Positions 34,206-45,273 of a stretch of DNA of 64,000 nucleotides are shown here, in pieces. The notes beneath the pieces were generated by a model. The model ran no database searches. It was not told the origin of the DNA and worked only from the letters and a program-made list of their open reading frames with translations. Within the stretch, counting starts at the first letter, position 1; every line of letters begins with the position of its first letter. The DNA is from Candidatus Bathyarchaeota archaeon (GTDB taxonomy: Archaea > Thermoproteota > Bathyarchaeia > Bathyarchaeales > Bathycorpusculaceae), in contig CAWDYC010000008.1 of assembly GCA_963806535.1 (NCBI GenBank), positions 64,001-128,000 of the forward strand, given 5' to 3'. The position numbers and the translations under genes are program-made.

Positions 34206-34449
34206 AGACAAACCAACGGAAAAGAATCCACAAACTTGCCCGGGACTTCGAGATCTTCTTCAGCCAAAACCGGCATACATTAAATGCCATGTTTGCGGTG
34301 GCGACCTTGAAATCTGGAGCGATGAAGACAAAACAACGTGCCCCTCATGTGGTGCTGAATGGAAACGCCCTGACAAATCAGCCGCTTGCCTAGAATATTG
34401 CCAGTACGCTGACAAATGCCGAGGCATAATTGAATCGCGAAAATCATAG
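34195..34449 (+). CDS. Small Cys-rich (zinc-ribbon-like) protein
   Basis: CPG, CHVCGGDLEIWSDE...CPSCG, CLEYCQYADKC. Confidence 0.75.
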   Translation: MSSKDKPTEKNPQTCPGLRDLLQPKPAYIKCHVCGGDLEIWSDEDKTTCPSCGAEWKRPDKSAACLEYCQYADKCRGIIESRKS

Positions 34450-34571
34450 GAAATCCTTTTTTTAACTTCAATACTTTCTTTTACATTTCAAAATTATCTT
34501 TAGTCGAAAAAAGTCAATGGTTTACCTGTTTTAATTCTTAATCTTTCAGGAAATTAAAAAATGGCTCCCGC

Positions 34572-34685
34572 TCACTCAGATGGGTGATACCATTTCCGAA
34601 TTGAGGCAGCAACTTCTTTTGAGTAACCATAATCAGTTAATTTGCTAAAAACTTGCTCTGGTTTAGGGTTGCTTCGTCGAGGCAT
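34572..34685 (-). CDS. Putative 37-aa small protein (not in ORF track)
   Basis: MPRRSNPKPEQVFSKLTDYGYSKEVAASIRKWYHPSE; upstream TTTAAA-like box; T-tract downstream. Confidence 0.4.
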   Translation of the reverse strand: MPRRSNPKPEQVFSKLTDYGYSKEVAASIRKWYHPSE

Positions 34686-34870
34686 ATCTTCATTTTTGAC
34701 CGGCTTTAATTTAAACTTTCAGAATTCCAAATCTTACTGTAGATGTGTAGAACAAAAATACACAACCATCAGTCTATTTCTCTGGACACTAATTTTCTCC
34801 ATATATAGAAAGAAATGAATGAATGTTAACTCGCTAATTTAATCTTAGAAAAAAGAAAGTGGAAGAATGT

Positions 34871-34951
34871 TTATTCTTCGTCTTCGCAGTCTTCACAGTC
34901 GCAGTCGTCTTCGCAGTCTTCGTCTTCTTCTTCAAATCTGTACAATACCAT
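34871..34951 (-). CDS. Putative 26-aa acidic Cys-rich micropeptide (not in ORF track)
   Basis: MVLYRFEEEDEDCEDDCDCEDCEDEE*; CTTATA box ~40 bp upstream; T-rich terminator-like tract downstream. Confidence 0.6.
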   Translation of the reverse strand: MVLYRFEEEDEDCEDDCDCEDCEDEE

Positions 34952-35142
34952 TTTCAAAAACCCAACAAAGGGTAATAACGCTGCCCTATAAGTCTTCTCC
35001 AAATGAGGGTTTTAAATGAACCTATTAAAATTTTGAAGAAAATGTGAAAGTGACGTTCTAAATAAGTTTTGAAGCTACTTGAAGCTATTCTGCCTTATTT
35101 TATGGTTTTCCAGAAAGCTTATTATGATTACAGAAATTACTT

Positions 35143-35922
35143 TTGATGATTGTCATGGACATTCTTGAAGTCAAAGATTTGACTATTCGAGTTGAAGATA
35201 AAGAAATTCTCAATGGCATAAGTTTGAGTCTTAAGAAGGGCGAGGGGCACATTTTATTTGGTCCTAATGGTTCTGGAAAAACAACCCTGATAAGTGCCAT
35301 TATGGGTCTTCCTTCCTACGAGGTTACTTCTGGAAAAATATTCTTTGAAGGCAAAGATATTACAGCAACAAGTGTTGATGAACGCGCAAAATTAGGCATT
35401 GTCGTTAGCTTCCAAAATCCTCCGGAAATTGCTGGAGTAAAACTCGTTGATCTGTTAAAATTATGCATAGGAAAAACTGTTGAAGAAGAGTTTAGCTCTG
35501 AAGAAAACGAGCTTATTGAGACTTTTCAGTTAACTAACTTCTTAAATAGGGACCTTAATGTTGGTTTTTCCGGCGGCGAAAGAAAACGCTCAGAAATTCT
35601 TCAGCTGATCTTGCTTAAACCCAAACTACTGCTCCTTGACGAACCAGATTCAGGCGTTGATGTTGAGAGTCTAAAATTAATTTCGACTGCCATTCAAAGG
35701 TACATAGAAAAAAGTGGTGCTTCAGCTTTAATAATTACGCACAAAGGAGACATACTAGAATACATTAAAGCAAAATACGGTTGTATTCTGCTCAGCGGTC
35801 AATTTCATTGCTTCACTCATCCAGACAAGATTTATGAAGATATCAAGAAAGTTGGTTACGAAGAATGCGTAGTATGCCAAAGAAGAAAAACTGGAGGCTG
35901 GAAAAATAACAAACCAGAGTGA
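35143..35922 (+). CDS. sufC: Fe-S cluster assembly ABC ATPase SufC/SmsC
   Basis: GPNGSGKTT, FQNPPEI, RDLNVGFSGGERKRSEILQ, LDEPDSGVD. Confidence 0.9.
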   Translation: MMIVMDILEVKDLTIRVEDKEILNGISLSLKKGEGHILFGPNGSGKTTLISAIMGLPSYEVTSGKIFFEGKDITATSVDERAKLGIVVSFQNPPEIAGVKLVDLLKLCIGKTVEEEFSSEENELIETFQLTNFLNRDLNVGFSGGERKRSEILQLILLKPKLLLLDEPDSGVDVESLKLISTAIQRYIEKSGASALIITHKGDILEYIKAKYGCILLSGQFHCFTHPDKIYEDIKKVGYEECVVCQRRKTGGWKNNKPE

Positions 35923-37030
35923 TCTAACCAAGGTTCCCGAAGAAATCCTAAGAGAAGCCCAACAGGCTGGCATAGAATCCACCTCTGAGAATAGGGCAGG
36001 ATCCTTTTTCCATATGGATTCTGCTACCATTCAATCAAAAGTTAGCGAGGCATATGAAGGAAAAATTGAACTTATGGATGTTAAGTCTGCTCTTAAGAAA
36101 TATTCATGGCTTAAGGAGTACTTTTGGAAAATCGTTGACAAAAACAAGGATGAATTTACCAAGAAAGTTGAAGAAGATTATAGCGGTGGCTATTTTATAC
36201 ACATCTTGCCTGGAGCTGACATAACTTTTCCGCTGCAATCTTGTCTTATGATAACTCAAAAAAACCTTGAACAGCGTGTGCATAATATCATAATTGCTGA
36301 AGAAGGCTCCAAGTCACACATAATTACCAGTTGCCTGCAACATTCCACGGTTGAAAAAGCGTCGCATTTGGGAATTTCTGAAATATACGTAAAAAGAGGC
36401 GCTATGCTCAATTTCACTATGATCCATCAATGGAGCGAGGATACGCTAGTGCGCCCAAGAAGCGCAGCTGAAATAGCTGACAAAGCCACCTTTGTCTCAA
36501 ACTACGTGTGTATGCGCCCCGTTAGGGATATACAAATGTACCCTTCAGCCAACTGCATAGGTGAGGATTCTCGAGTAAGCTTTAACAGCATTCTTTATGG
36601 TCACAAGAACTCTTTGTTGGATATAGGATCTAAAGCAGTTTTAACTGGAAAAGGCAGTAAAGCCGAAATGATAAGTCGAGCCATTGCAAGGGAAGGCTCA
36701 AAAATAATTGTTCGAGGATTAATCGATGGTAATAGTTCTGAATGTAAAGGGCACCTTGAATGTAGAGGGTTGCTTATGGATGACCTATCTTTGATGCAGT
36801 CCATACCTGAATTGATCGCTAGAAAGAAGGGCGTGGAAATAACCCACGAAGCGGCAGTTGGCAAAATATCGGAGAAAGAAATAACTTATCTGCAAACACG
36901 TAAACTTTCCCGCGACCAAGCAGTCTCTTTAATCATACGAGGCTTCATGGATGTTGGCATACTTGGCTTGCCTGACGCGTTAAATGCGGAAATCAAGAAA
37001 ATAATAGAAACTTCTACCCAAGCCACTTAG
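35899..37030 (+). CDS. sufB: Fe-S cluster scaffold SufB/SmsB family; start approximate
   Basis: FPLQSCL, QRVHNIIIAEEGS, HLGISE, KGHLECRGL, ITHEAAVGKI, IIRGF. Confidence 0.85.
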
Positions 37031-37110
37031 AAATCGCAGGTCAACATAAAAAACAGGTGGCAATTCATCCTTCCTAAACCAATAAGTAGACGCTCAACCA
37101 ACCTTACTTT

Positions 37111-38693
37111 ATGGTAAACGCTACTTTTCCGAAGATAACTTATGTTACTTTGTTTGCAGATGAGAGCTATTCACCCCAAATATGAGGCTGCTTTGGGAAA
37201 ATTTGAGAAAGAGCTTGGTCGCCGCTATCCCATGTTCATTGGCGAAGAAGAAGTATGGTCAGATTCTGGCGAGTTTGAGCATCACAGCCCCATTGACACT
37301 TCAATAACTGTGGGAAAATTCCAAGTCGGCACGCAAAAACATGCCAAGCTTGCAATCGCGGCAGCCAAAGAAGTCGTTCCCAGGGTGGAGCCAAAAAGGG
37401 TGGCAAGAACGGGTCAACATCATGAACAAGGCAGCAGATTTGATTGATGAACGGAAATTTGACATCGCGGTTGCTATCACATATGAAGTCGGAAAGAACC
37501 GTCTTGAAGCCCTTGCTGAATGCTGGGAAGCCATAGACGCAATAAAATTCTACACAAAAATCATGCAAGAGAACAACGGGTACATCAAAAAGATGGAAGA
37601 AGGTGGACCTGGCGAGGATTGCAAGGTTGTCTCAAAACCATTCGGCGTCTGGCCTGTAATTTCGCCCTTTAACTTCCCATTCATGTTAGCCAACGGAATG
37701 GCTCTTGGCGCCCTCCTTACAGGAAACACAGTTATCCTAAAGCCAACAAGCGAGGCTCCGCTCACGGGCTTAATGCTCTATAATGTCTTCAAGGATGCAG
37801 GAGTGCCTGAAGGAGCAATCAACTATGTCACAGGTCCTGGTCCAAATTTTGAGGAGGAGTTTGTTTCAAACAAAGATGTTGCAGGAATCGCTTTCACAGG
37901 CTCAAGAGAAGTTGGAATGAGACTTTATCGTGAGTTTTTGACTCAGCAGCCGTATCCTAAGCCGATCGTGCTTGAGATGGGAAGCAAAAACCCAGTTGTT
38001 ATAACTTCGTCAGCTGACATCGGCAAAGCGGTTGAGGGAACGGTTAGGTCGGCGTTTGGCTATGGCGGGCAGAAATGCAGTGCAACATCAAGAATCTATG
38101 TGCAGAGCAATATTCGAGACAAATTCTTGGATAAGCTTAGGGAACGAATTGAGAAGATAGTTGTGGGTGATCCTAGGGAAAAAGAGGTTTTCATGGGACC
38201 AGTGATTAACAAAACCGCAGTAGAGAAATTCACTAGGGCATTAACCGAAGCAAAGGAAGCAGGTGGAAAAGTGATTACTGGCGGCAAATGTTCTCCGAAG
38301 GCAAATTCAAAAATGGATTCTACCTATCGCCCACAGTCATAATTGGGTTGCCACAAACTCACAGGCTCTTCAAAGATGAGCTATTCACGCCGTTGATTGT
38401 TGTTGACGAATTCAAAACCCTTGATGAAGCCATAGCAAAAGTCAACGACACCGAATATGGATTGACAGCAGGCATCTTCTCCGAAGATCCAAAGGAAATA
38501 CAAACCTTCATGAATCATGTGCAGTTCGGAGTTCTCTATGCAAATCAGGAGCGGTGGAGCAACAACGGGAGCATGGCCAGGTGCCCAATCCTTTACAGGC
38601 TGGAACGCCAGCGGCGCAACGGGACGAGGAGTTGGAGGATCGAATTATCTGCTTAATTTTCTCCGCGACCAATCCCAAACGATCGTTTCCTAG
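37111..38693 (+). CDS. Aldehyde dehydrogenase (1-pyrroline-5-carboxylate dehydrogenase-like), frameshifted
   Basis: ISPFNFP, FTGS, LEMGSKNP, FGYGGQKCSATSR, ELFTP, YGLTAG, GATTGAWPG.QSF.GW. Confidence 0.85.
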
Positions 38694-38715
38694 TTTTGGA
38701 TCTTTACCATTTAGT

Positions 38716-39015
38716 TTATTTCTGTATTCCTATATCTTTCGCCCAAGTGAAGCCTTCTAAATACTTCAACACGGGAGAAATTCGCACTTTTCCAATGAGC
38801 CTGAATGGTTCAACAGCGTTATTAAGTGTTGTAACATCGTTTGCTTCCAAAATAAAGTACCATACGTGTCCAGGCGCATCAAGATATCCTTCCATAACCT
38901 TTACTCCTGATTTCTTCATGCTTTCTTCCACTTTTTCAATAAACTTATCGTCAGGTCTCATTAATCCTCCAGGACAGTTTTCAGCAGAATGTTTTGCAGT
39001 AATAACAAAAAGCAA
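38716..39015 (-). CDS. Small hypothetical protein (GYD/ferredoxin-like barrel type)
   Basis: HSAENCPG...YLDAPGH..YFILEA; GGAGGTG ribosome-binding site upstream. Confidence 0.6.
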   Translation of the reverse strand: MLFVITAKHSAENCPGGLMRPDDKFIEKVEESMKKSGVKVMEGYLDAPGHVWYFILEANDVTTLNNAVEPFRLIGKVRISPVLKYLEGFTWAKDIGIQK

Positions 39016-39135
39016 CTCAACACACCTCCTTTTTTCGATTCATTGGTAGACGTGTAGGATAAGTTGTTTCTTAAGCGTATGTGATTGCAGAGTGACAGCC
39101 ACATTTTTATCGAATAGACATGACTTATTAGATGG

Positions 39136-39771
39136 TTGGTTAGGATGCTTACAGAAGCTGAGATATCAAATTTAGGAGATCAATATCGATGTCCAATGGG
39201 ACGCCGCGGTAGATTAGTTGCCACAATGATGAATCAGCATCATGAAGCACTTACGCTATGGGGATTAGCAAAAGTAACAATCAACTCAGACTATGTGATT
39301 TTGGATGTTGGTTGTGGAGGCGGCAAAACAATTACCACGATAGCCAAACTGGCACCTCAAGGCAAAGTCTACGGTATTGATTATTCAGTTGACATGGTTA
39401 AATTCTCGAAAAAAATCAACAAAACGCTGATTGCCCAAAATCGAGTCGAAATAATAGAAGGGTCAGTTGAAAAAATAAGTTTTGAGGATAACTTTTTTGA
39501 TTTGGTGACAGCCATTGAAACCTATTATTTTTGGAGCGATCTTCTCATCGGCTTCAAGGAAATACATCGAGTGTTAAAATCAGATGGAAAACTGCTTTTA
39601 GTTAATGAACTTCTATATGGGATTACGCCTGCAAAAATTATTAAAGAAACACATGTAAAACTTTTCCCTCTGAAAGAAATTCAGAATCTTTTGCAGTTGG
39701 CTGGTTTTGTAGATGTTCAAGTTTTTACTGAAGCTGAATCGCCTTGGAACGCAATTATTGCCAAAAAATAA
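39136..39771 (+). CDS. Class I SAM methyltransferase
   Basis: ILDVGCGGG, GIDYS, FDLVTAIETYYFW. Confidence 0.88.
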   Translation: MVRMLTEAEISNLGDQYRCPMGRRGRLVATMMNQHHEALTLWGLAKVTINSDYVILDVGCGGGKTITTIAKLAPQGKVYGIDYSVDMVKFSKKINKTLIAQNRVEIIEGSVEKISFEDNFFDLVTAIETYYFWSDLLIGFKEIHRVLKSDGKLLLVNELLYGITPAKIIKETHVKLFPLKEIQNLLQLAGFVDVQVFTEAESPWNAIIAKK

Positions 39772-39949
39772 CAGGGTTAATTGAGTCATTTATTACAGTT
39801 ACACAGAAATCTGCGATTTGCGAAGGAGGATTGCTGCCTATTAATTTCGCTTTTTCTTTTCAGTTGAAAGACCGTTCACATTAAATTTAAGAATCCCAAT
39901 TCAATTTATTTAACTCCCACTAGCATTATCTAAGCAAGGTTCTCCAAAC

Positions 39950-40945
39950 ATGAGCAGCAACGAAACAAATAAACCATCAATGGACGAAGCTATCATAGAT
40001 TTTCTTTCCAAGAAAGGCGGAATAACTGATCAAACAGAAAAATTGGCTCTTAGTCGAATTACCACCAAGATTGGAGTCAGCCTTCAAGAAGTAGAAGTCA
40101 GCATCAATAGGTTAAGTTCAAAAAACTTAATACGGAAAATTTACGTGCAAGGCAAAGTTGGTTTTGAATTAACTCCAAAAGGAAGATCAGCAATTGAGGC
40201 TCTGGCAAAAGCCGAAACAGACCGCATCACAAAAAAACTGCAAGAGGCGATAGAACAGGAACAAAAAGCTAAGCAAAGATTGAATGCAGTCAGAAAAATT
40301 AGGTTGATTGAAAATGAATGGCAAAAATACCGAATACCCGACAATAAACTGATGAATAACATTGAGGAAGAATCATTAAGACTTCTTTCAACAACAAAAG
40401 AAATTAAAGAAAAACAACCTATTTGCGAGTTAAACCCTCAAAATTACGATCAAGAATTCTCACAATACAAGCTTGAAGTTGAAAAACTAATTGGACAAAA
40501 CAGTAACCTGACCCAATTAGTTGACAATTATGCAAGAATCAGAAATGACCAATTGTCAATATCGTCTGATATTCAAAACATCAAGAGAACCATTACGAAA
40601 TACGAACCTTTGGTAGAAGCCGCAGCTCATGTAAATGAACTAAAAATTTCTCTTGGAAAATTAAAATTAATTCAGTCTCAAATAGAGACCTTTGAGAAGG
40701 AAAAGTTAGACCGATTTGTAGCTCTTAAGACTGAACTTAGAGATAATTCTAGACTTTTAGAGAGTCTTAAGAAACCTACCCATGAATTTAAGCCCATAAA
40801 AATTGCGACAGATACAGAAATAGCTGGGTACTTCGATACGGAAGGTCCAATAAATGATGGCTACAAAACAAGTGGCTACCCGTTAATGGAAAAATGCAGC
40901 AAATGTGGAATGAAACGAAAATCAACCCGTGTTGACATCGGATAA
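39950..40945 (+). CDS. Hypothetical protein: N-terminal wHTH, coiled coil, C-terminal CxxC
   Basis: INRLSSKNLIRK.....GFELTPKG wing; heptad region; KCSKCG. Confidence 0.6.
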   Translation: MSSNETNKPSMDEAIIDFLSKKGGITDQTEKLALSRITTKIGVSLQEVEVSINRLSSKNLIRKIYVQGKVGFELTPKGRSAIEALAKAETDRITKKLQEAIEQEQKAKQRLNAVRKIRLIENEWQKYRIPDNKLMNNIEEESLRLLSTTKEIKEKQPICELNPQNYDQEFSQYKLEVEKLIGQNSNLTQLVDNYARIRNDQLSISSDIQNIKRTITKYEPLVEAAAHVNELKISLGKLKLIQSQIETFEKEKLDRFVALKTELRDNSRLLESLKKPTHEFKPIKIATDTEIAGYFDTEGPINDGYKTSGYPLMEKCSKCGMKRKSTRVDIG

Positions 40946-41181
40946 ATGTTTGCCTGTTTTCAGCTTTCTAAGACCAAGCACAACAGTGACGATAGCGACT
41001 ATAATGATGACTGCTCCAGCAATGATTAATTCTTCAAATTGGCTTTGGGTAGATGAGGCCGATGGAGCAGTCGCTAGATTCATCACGACTTGGTGAATGC
41101 TTGATGGTGTGTGAAACTAATAAACCAAGAATCTCCCTGTGATTCGCTGATGTAAACCAACTGTTTTTCGTCTAGGTCCAT
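40922..41181 (-). pseudogene. C-terminal remnant of a membrane-anchored surface protein
   Basis: LDEKQLVYISESQGDSWFISFTHH / SIHQVVMNL..S/T linker..IIAGAVIIIVAIVTVVLGLRKLK; no N-terminal part found. Confidence 0.4.
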
Positions 41182-41446
41182 TGACTAAAAGCTTTGTTTT
41201 CAGTCAAAGTCTTTTGACTACTTTTCCGCAAGCGACTAGGTTAAGTGAACAAAGCGCTAACAGGTTACTAGAATAAAAAACCCTTAAAGTTTTTGTTCTT
41301 TGCAGGTACCAAACGAGTTGCCCTACGATAACACAGGAAAAACGTTGGTGTTGTTTAACAGTCATATTTTTAAGAACCCCAAAAATCATTATTTAATTAG
41401 ACTTGAGTGTGCATATCTGAATTCTGAAGCTAAGACGGTTGAGAAC

Positions 41447-43736
41447 ATGAGTAAAAAAAATTGTCAATCACAACAAAACAAAAAAAATCTTGAGGGCAAA
41501 TCGGTTGATTCCACAGCCGTTGATAGCGTTGGCTCGGAAGTTGGCAACCGTGAGTTGAAACGAAGAGATTTCATGAAGCTGTCAGCCCTATTGGCGGGTG
41601 GAGCTTTAGCCACAGTCGTTTTGGAAGGCTCATTGAACCCTTTAAGATTGATACCGAAAGCAACTGATCAACTTCTTTTGGCACCAAGAAAAGGAAATTT
41701 ACAATTAGGGTCATTTGAGGCTCTTGCAGTTTCTAATATCAGCAGTTTGGACCCGTTGAACATTCCAAAATTTGAAAACCAATTAACTGCCCCGCCACCT
41801 GTTTATGACCCCAAAGTTATCACCAGCCAGGGTAAAGTGGTTCGGCATGAATACACTGTAGCAATGGCTAGTTTTATGGAGCAAATTCTTCCGCCTTCGA
41901 TGAATCTTAAAACGCCTGTTTGGGGTTATGGAGGCTTAGCTCATGATGCAGTAACAGGAGCATCTTTAGGTTTTGTCCAAAACAGCCCGGGTCCAACATT
42001 TGAAGCTGTCAGAGGAGTACCTATTCAGGTGGAGTGGCAAAACAACATTACCTCATCTTACATGTTTGCAGTTGATCCGACCATACATTGGGCGAACCCC
42101 AACAACAATTCGGAGAGCACTTCTCCTTTTTCAGCATATCCGCCAGGTTATCCAAATGCACAAACTCCAGTTCCACTTGTAACCCATCTACACGGAGGAC
42201 AAAACCAGTCCTTCTACGATGGAGGCCCAAACCAATGGTTCACCTCAAGCGGCAAACATGGCTCACAATACAGCACCTATAACCAAACCGGTTCAAACGC
42301 TGCAGTCTACTATTATCCTAACACCCAAGAGCCAACGACACTTTGGTATCATGATCACGCCTTAGGTGTTACACGCCTAAATGTGGTGTCAGGGCTCGCT
42401 GGTTTCTATCTCATAAGAGAACCGCAAAATGGAAACGATAAGGTTGCCCCTTTGTTGCCTACGGGAAAATATGAGATGCCTCTTGTAATTCAAGATAGAA
42501 TGTTCAACACTGATGGCTCATTCAACTATCCTTCAGTTGGCGTTGAACCTACAATTCATCCATATTGGGTAAACACTTTCTTAGGCAACACAATAATGGT
42601 AAACGGCAAACTCTGGCCAAACATGAATGTGGACAGAGGACAATATAGATTAAGAATCTTAAACGGATCAAATTCTCGTTTTTACAACCTAAGCTTTTCA
42701 AATGGAATGACTTTTATCCAAATCGGAAGCGACGGTGGCTACCTAAAAGCGCCAGTCAAACTCACATCATTGCTTCTTGCGCCCGCTGAACGCGCCGACA
42801 TCATAGTAGACTTTTCAAATTTGGCTATAGGAGCAAAAGTAGTTCTTACCAACACTAGTCTCATCTTAAATACAGATGAAGAAAAGCAGACACTTGGGCA
42901 AATAATGCAATTCACCACAACTGACCAAAAAGCATCTACACCTTTTAGTCTTGGCTCAGGCGCCAAACCCATTTAACCCAACACTTGCAGCCTCAAATTT
43001 CCCGACTTTGCCAACAGCAACAAAACAAAGAACTCTAACATTATTGGAGGTTTTGGGGCCAAACAGCACGAAGATTGCATTGCTTGATGGGCAAATGTGG
43101 GACGCACCGATCTCTGAACTTCCAGATTTGGGAACAACTGAAGAGTGGATACTTGTTAATGGAACCATGGATCCTCATCCAATTCATCTGCATTTAATTC
43201 AATTTCAACTTGTCCGAAGAGAAGGCTTTGATTCCGTTACTTATCTGGATAATTGGAATGCTCTTAACGGACAAGCGCCGTTTAGTAAACCTACGAAAAA
43301 TCTAGATATTAATTCATACCTCAATAATTTGCGGATTCCACTTCAGCCAAACGAAGAAGGCTGGAAAGACACAATTACAGTTAACGCTGGAGAAGTTGTA
43401 ACGATTAGAGTAAGGTTTGCGCAGCAAGACGGTTCCAGTTTCCCGTTTGACGCAACGGCTGGTCCGGGATATGTTTGGCACTGCCACCTGCTTGAACATG
43501 AAGACAACGAAATGATGCGGCCCTACAAAGTTACCAAAGCTAGCTCAATAGTTGTACCTTTAGCTGTTGCTGCGGTGGGGGTAGCAGCTGCGGCTTCCGT
43601 GATAGGATATTCTTATCAGAGAAAAAGAAAGAAAAAACGCCAACAATCAGAAGCGGCTTCAACCAATCAGCCAAATCATTTAGGCGAAAAAACCGAAACT
43701 AAGCAACCTGAAGAAATCGAAGACGAAAACTCTTGA
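41447..43736 (+). CDS. Multicopper oxidase (CotA/bilirubin oxidase-like) with Tat signal and C-terminal membrane anchor, one frameshift
   Basis: KRRDFMK Tat motif; HLHGG, WYHDHALG, HPIHLH, WHCHLLEHEDNEMM copper ligands; terminal TM followed by RKRKKKR. Confidence 0.9.
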
Positions 43737-43805
43737 AATTAACCAAAATTTTCTAAAAATAAATACTTTTAAAACAAACAAGAATACTGCAATGGAGAGA
43801 GTAAT

Positions 43806-44222
43806 ATGTCGCAAAAGTTCAACGCCCTTCTTTTGGCAGTTGGTGCAATTGCCATAGTTTTTGTTTGGCTGATAAACGTTCATGTTCAAATTGATCTAAT
43901 TCCAACTATAGTAAATGGCGAAGTTATTGCAACTTCGACTGCCATAATTTTCACTGGAATATTCTTCACGTTAGGCTGCACAAACAGACTTGTGGAGATT
44001 CAAAAAAAGAAGAATTTTCCGTTTTTTGTCCTTGGATTGTTAGGGGTAGCTTCAGTTTTTGTTATAGGCACTTTCTTTAGCATGATAGTCAACAATTTTG
44101 AGATTGCTTTAAAATTAAGCTTTACAGGTTTGATATTTGCAATTGGAACTTTCATGAGTCTAATAGCAGTATTCGTCCAACAAATGATTTCTCGAAACGT
44201 TAACTCCGATAACCAAAATTAA
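43806..44222 (+). CDS. Hypothetical membrane protein (four TM)
   Basis: Four hydrophobic segments. Confidence 0.55.
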   Translation: MSQKFNALLLAVGAIAIVFVWLINVHVQIDLIPTIVNGEVIATSTAIIFTGIFFTLGCTNRLVEIQKKKNFPFFVLGLLGVASVFVIGTFFSMIVNNFEIALKLSFTGLIFAIGTFMSLIAVFVQQMISRNVNSDNQN

Positions 44223-44266
44223 AGGTATTCAAGAAAAGCAGAATCCACCGAATAATGACAGAATTT

Positions 44267-44701
44267 TTAGATTGTTTTGAGGCGCAGAGCAGACCATTTT
44301 TCATCAATGGCAACTAAGCTTACTGCCTGTAATCCGACAGTTTGGGCATATTTCCGGATGGAATCCCGATTCACATCTGTTTTTGTTTTTGATGTTCCTT
44401 TTGGATAAGTCACCCATAGTACACCGTTTTTGACGAGTAGAAGCTTCAAAGGGGATAGCTTATCCTCCAAATCTTTCCTTGAATTCACAAAGACTTGAAT
44501 GATATCAAACTGTTTCTCTGAGATGTCAACTGTAACCGTCACGTTGAGAGACAGCTTGCCAAGACTTAACATATAGTTTTTTGGCTCGTTAAGTAGCAGA
44601 ACCTTGCAGTTTTCTTTAATTTGAAGCTTTTCTGAAATCGGTTTGTAAGACACTTTCCTTCGCCTTACATGTGATTTTAGGATTTTATGGTTTTTAACCA
44701 A
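44267..44701 (-). CDS. DUF3052-like hypothetical protein (true start probably near 44653)
   Basis: EKLQIK, LLNEP, LWVTYPKGTSK..TDVNRD, AIDEKWSALR. Confidence 0.7.
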   Translation of the reverse strand: MVKNHKILKSHVRRRKVSYKPISEKLQIKENCKVLLLNEPKNYMLSLGKLSLNVTVTVDISEKQFDIIQVFVNSRKDLEDKLSPLKLLLVKNGVLWVTYPKGTSKTKTDVNRDSIRKYAQTVGLQAVSLVAIDEKWSALRLKTI

Positions 44702-45264
44702 TCTAAGAAAACTTGACGCATTTTCTCTGGGCTTTCCAGCACATGTACGTCTTCCATTTTTTCGAGTTTACGAACTTGGTCAGCTTCTTCTTTGCGCACT
44801 CTCAGCTTCATTTCTTTGCCATTTGGCAGTTTTGTGATAACAGTGCTTTCCCGATAGTCCGTGGGTAAGATGTATACTGGTCTGTATGCTTTTAGGCTCA
44901 TGATTGCTGAGTTCGTTAACATGGTGTCTCCGATGCCATTGGCGATTTTGGCAACCGTGTTTGAACTGGCAGGAGCAATGAGTAAAAACTCGTATTTGCC
45001 GCTTTGCAGCCATGCAGCCAGAAAAGGCGAATTGGAATTAAGCTCAACTTGCACTTTCAGAAAATTCTTCTTCAATTCATCTTCAAGCCGATAAAACTTC
45101 AGCATTGTGTCAGCGGCTTTAGAAAGATAGACATCAATTTCCACTATCTCTTCTGATTGCTTTTTTAGATCCTTCATTATTTCCAAGATTTCAGCGATTT
45201 TGTCGCCTGCGCCAGTTATGCCCCAAGCCACTTTTCGCTTCTTTACTTTCTCTGCTTCTGTCAT
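44677..45264 (-). CDS. afpA: Archaeoflavoprotein AfpA
   Basis: KVAWGITGAGD, NSNSPFLA, LIAPASSNTVAKIANGIGDTML, TKLPNGK.MKLRVR. Confidence 0.85.
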   Translation of the reverse strand: MTEAEKVKKRKVAWGITGAGDKIAEILEIMKDLKKQSEEIVEIDVYLSKAADTMLKFYRLEDELKKNFLKVQVELNSNSPFLAAWLQSGKYEFLLIAPASSNTVAKIANGIGDTMLTNSAIMSLKAYRPVYILPTDYRESTVITKLPNGKEMKLRVRKEEADQVRKLEKMEDVHVLESPEKMRQVFLDWLKTIKS

Positions 45265-45273
45265 AAACTCAAC

